IMG/VR virus record: IMGVR_UViG_3300018080_000215
Location: 1-55,777 of that record
DNA length: 55,777 bases
Reading direction: 5' to 3' (one strand)
DNA from: a virus
Taxonomy: Duplodnaviria > Caudoviricetes
The notes under the pieces are model-generated. The model saw only the letters and a program-made list of their open reading frames with translations. It did not search any database and was not told where the DNA came from. A program made the position numbers and the translations under genes. Shown one piece after another: positions 54,721-55,777 of the stretch (positions within the stretch are counted from its first letter, which is position 1; every line of letters starts with the position of its first letter).

Positions 54721-55767
54721 TTACTCGCTCATTTGCTGCATACGAATGATGTTGTATTCCACGGCGCGCACCAACAGGCTTCCCAACTGCATGGCTTGGT
54801 CAGTGCGCAGTCCAGCCATCTGCTGAACCTGACCCACAACCTGGGCAATCTTCTGCTGTCGGGCGGCGCGGTCAGCCTTGGAGTCGCCGGTGCTGGACTG
54901 CGCCAGAATGCTCGACAACTCCAAGATTGCCGGATCGCTTATGCTGGGAGCCTGCCGACTATTGACCCTATCGGCAAACACCACTGCCGCTGCCTGCAAA
55001 GCGTTATTAGCGTAACGCTGTTGATACATAGGCTGGGTAGGATCGGGGGTTACTTGTGCTGCGATGAACTGTGCATCCGTTGCCGCTGATGCAGCCCCAG
55101 CAATGCCCATAGTCCTAGCAGTCTGGGCGAATGACTGCGCGTCGGTGTAGATCGAGTCTGGCGGCTTTTGGAGTCTCGCGGCAGCCAACGCATTCTCGCG
55201 CTCGAACTGGGCCTGCTGGCTTGCATACTGCTGGTTGCTGTAGTCCTGCATCAGAGCGTCAGCCCTAACAGACTCCTGGGCTGCCAAGCCCTGTTCTGTC
55301 ATCAGTAGTCGCTCTAGTTGGTTGTATTGGTCGCTGCCAGCCGAGACGCTGTCCATCTGCGATTGAAGAGATTGCATCCGCGCCGCCCGCTGTTGGGCCG
55401 ATTGCCGCAATGCCTGAGATTGCGTAATTCGCCAATCTGGCGGCGGGGCGTCTGTCTCATCGACCGGGACTTGCATCGCAAACCCGGCAAACTGTTTGTC
55501 CTTCGGGGGTTCAGCGGGAGCCTGCTGAAAGCCCTCCATTTGCTTAGTCTTGGCCTGCCGTCTTTCCGAGTCCATCATTCGGGCAGTGCTGACGGCCCGG
55601 GCCTCGGGATTCTGCGTAATCGGCAGGCTGGTTGTCCCTGTCGAATAAGCGTTTGTCTTGGGTGGCGGCTGCGAGATGCGGCGAGTCGGGCCTACCGACA
55701 AATCTGTGTTGTCGCCCCGCATCATGCTGTCCATACCAAAAGACCCGTATTTTGGTGGCAGTCCCAC
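54721..55767 (-). CDS. Gln/Ala-rich probable ejected virion protein
   Basis: 348 aa helical composition; GTG overlaps the upstream TAG. Confidence 0.6.
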   Translation of the reverse strand: MGLPPKYGSFGMDSMMRGDNTDLSVGPTRRISQPPPKTNAYSTGTTSLPITQNPEARAVSTARMMDSERRQAKTKQMEGFQQAPAEPPKDKQFAGFAMQVPVDETDAPPPDWRITQSQALRQSAQQRAARMQSLQSQMDSVSAGSDQYNQLERLLMTEQGLAAQESVRADALMQDYSNQQYASQQAQFERENALAAARLQKPPDSIYTDAQSFAQTARTMGIAGAASAATDAQFIAAQVTPDPTQPMYQQRYANNALQAAAVVFADRVNSRQAPSISDPAILELSSILAQSSTGDSKADRAARQQKIAQVVGQVQQMAGLRTDQAMQLGSLLVRAVEYNIIRMQQMSE

Positions 55768-55777
55768 TAGCCTGCGG

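Noticed and set aside
1-55777. Diversity-generating retroelement, retron or stop-codon reassignment
   Set aside because: No reverse transcriptase motif or TR/VR pair seen; genes tile densely under the standard code using all three stops.

Overview
The window looks like a complete, circularly permuted ~55.8 kb temperate podovirus-like phage genome: the minus-strand ORF starting at 2848 runs off position 1 and closes in frame onto the TAG at 55769-55767. One long minus-strand block (24435->1, continuing 55777->50012) encodes head, packaging, tail and probable ejected proteins (scaffold, major capsid, TerS/TerL, portal, adaptor, nozzle). A second minus-strand block (49100->39657) carries RecE-like exonuclease, ERF, SF2 helicase, nucleases, a probable lysis cassette built around a papain-like peptidase, and a sigma factor. 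The accessory/early region (25.0-39.7 kb) diverges from ~27.25 kb and holds small orphans, acidic proteins, a SLOG protein, a MoxR/vWA trio, LexA-like and ART-like genes and a serine recombinase. Main hunt results: (1) seven copies of a bipartite element, a GC-rich short-loop hairpin with variable stem plus AGCGATGG at near-fixed spacing, heading the early gene units; (2) a tRNA(CAT) 3'-half attP apparently inside the 5' coding part of the exonuclease gene; (3) a candidate late promoter TTTG-N12-CCATA; (4) tandem constant-variable-constant TPGPW genes; (5) a palindrome cluster near 24.8 kb. No DNA polymerase, primase or RNA polymerase was recognised. All protein calls come from motif recognition by eye, not database searches.
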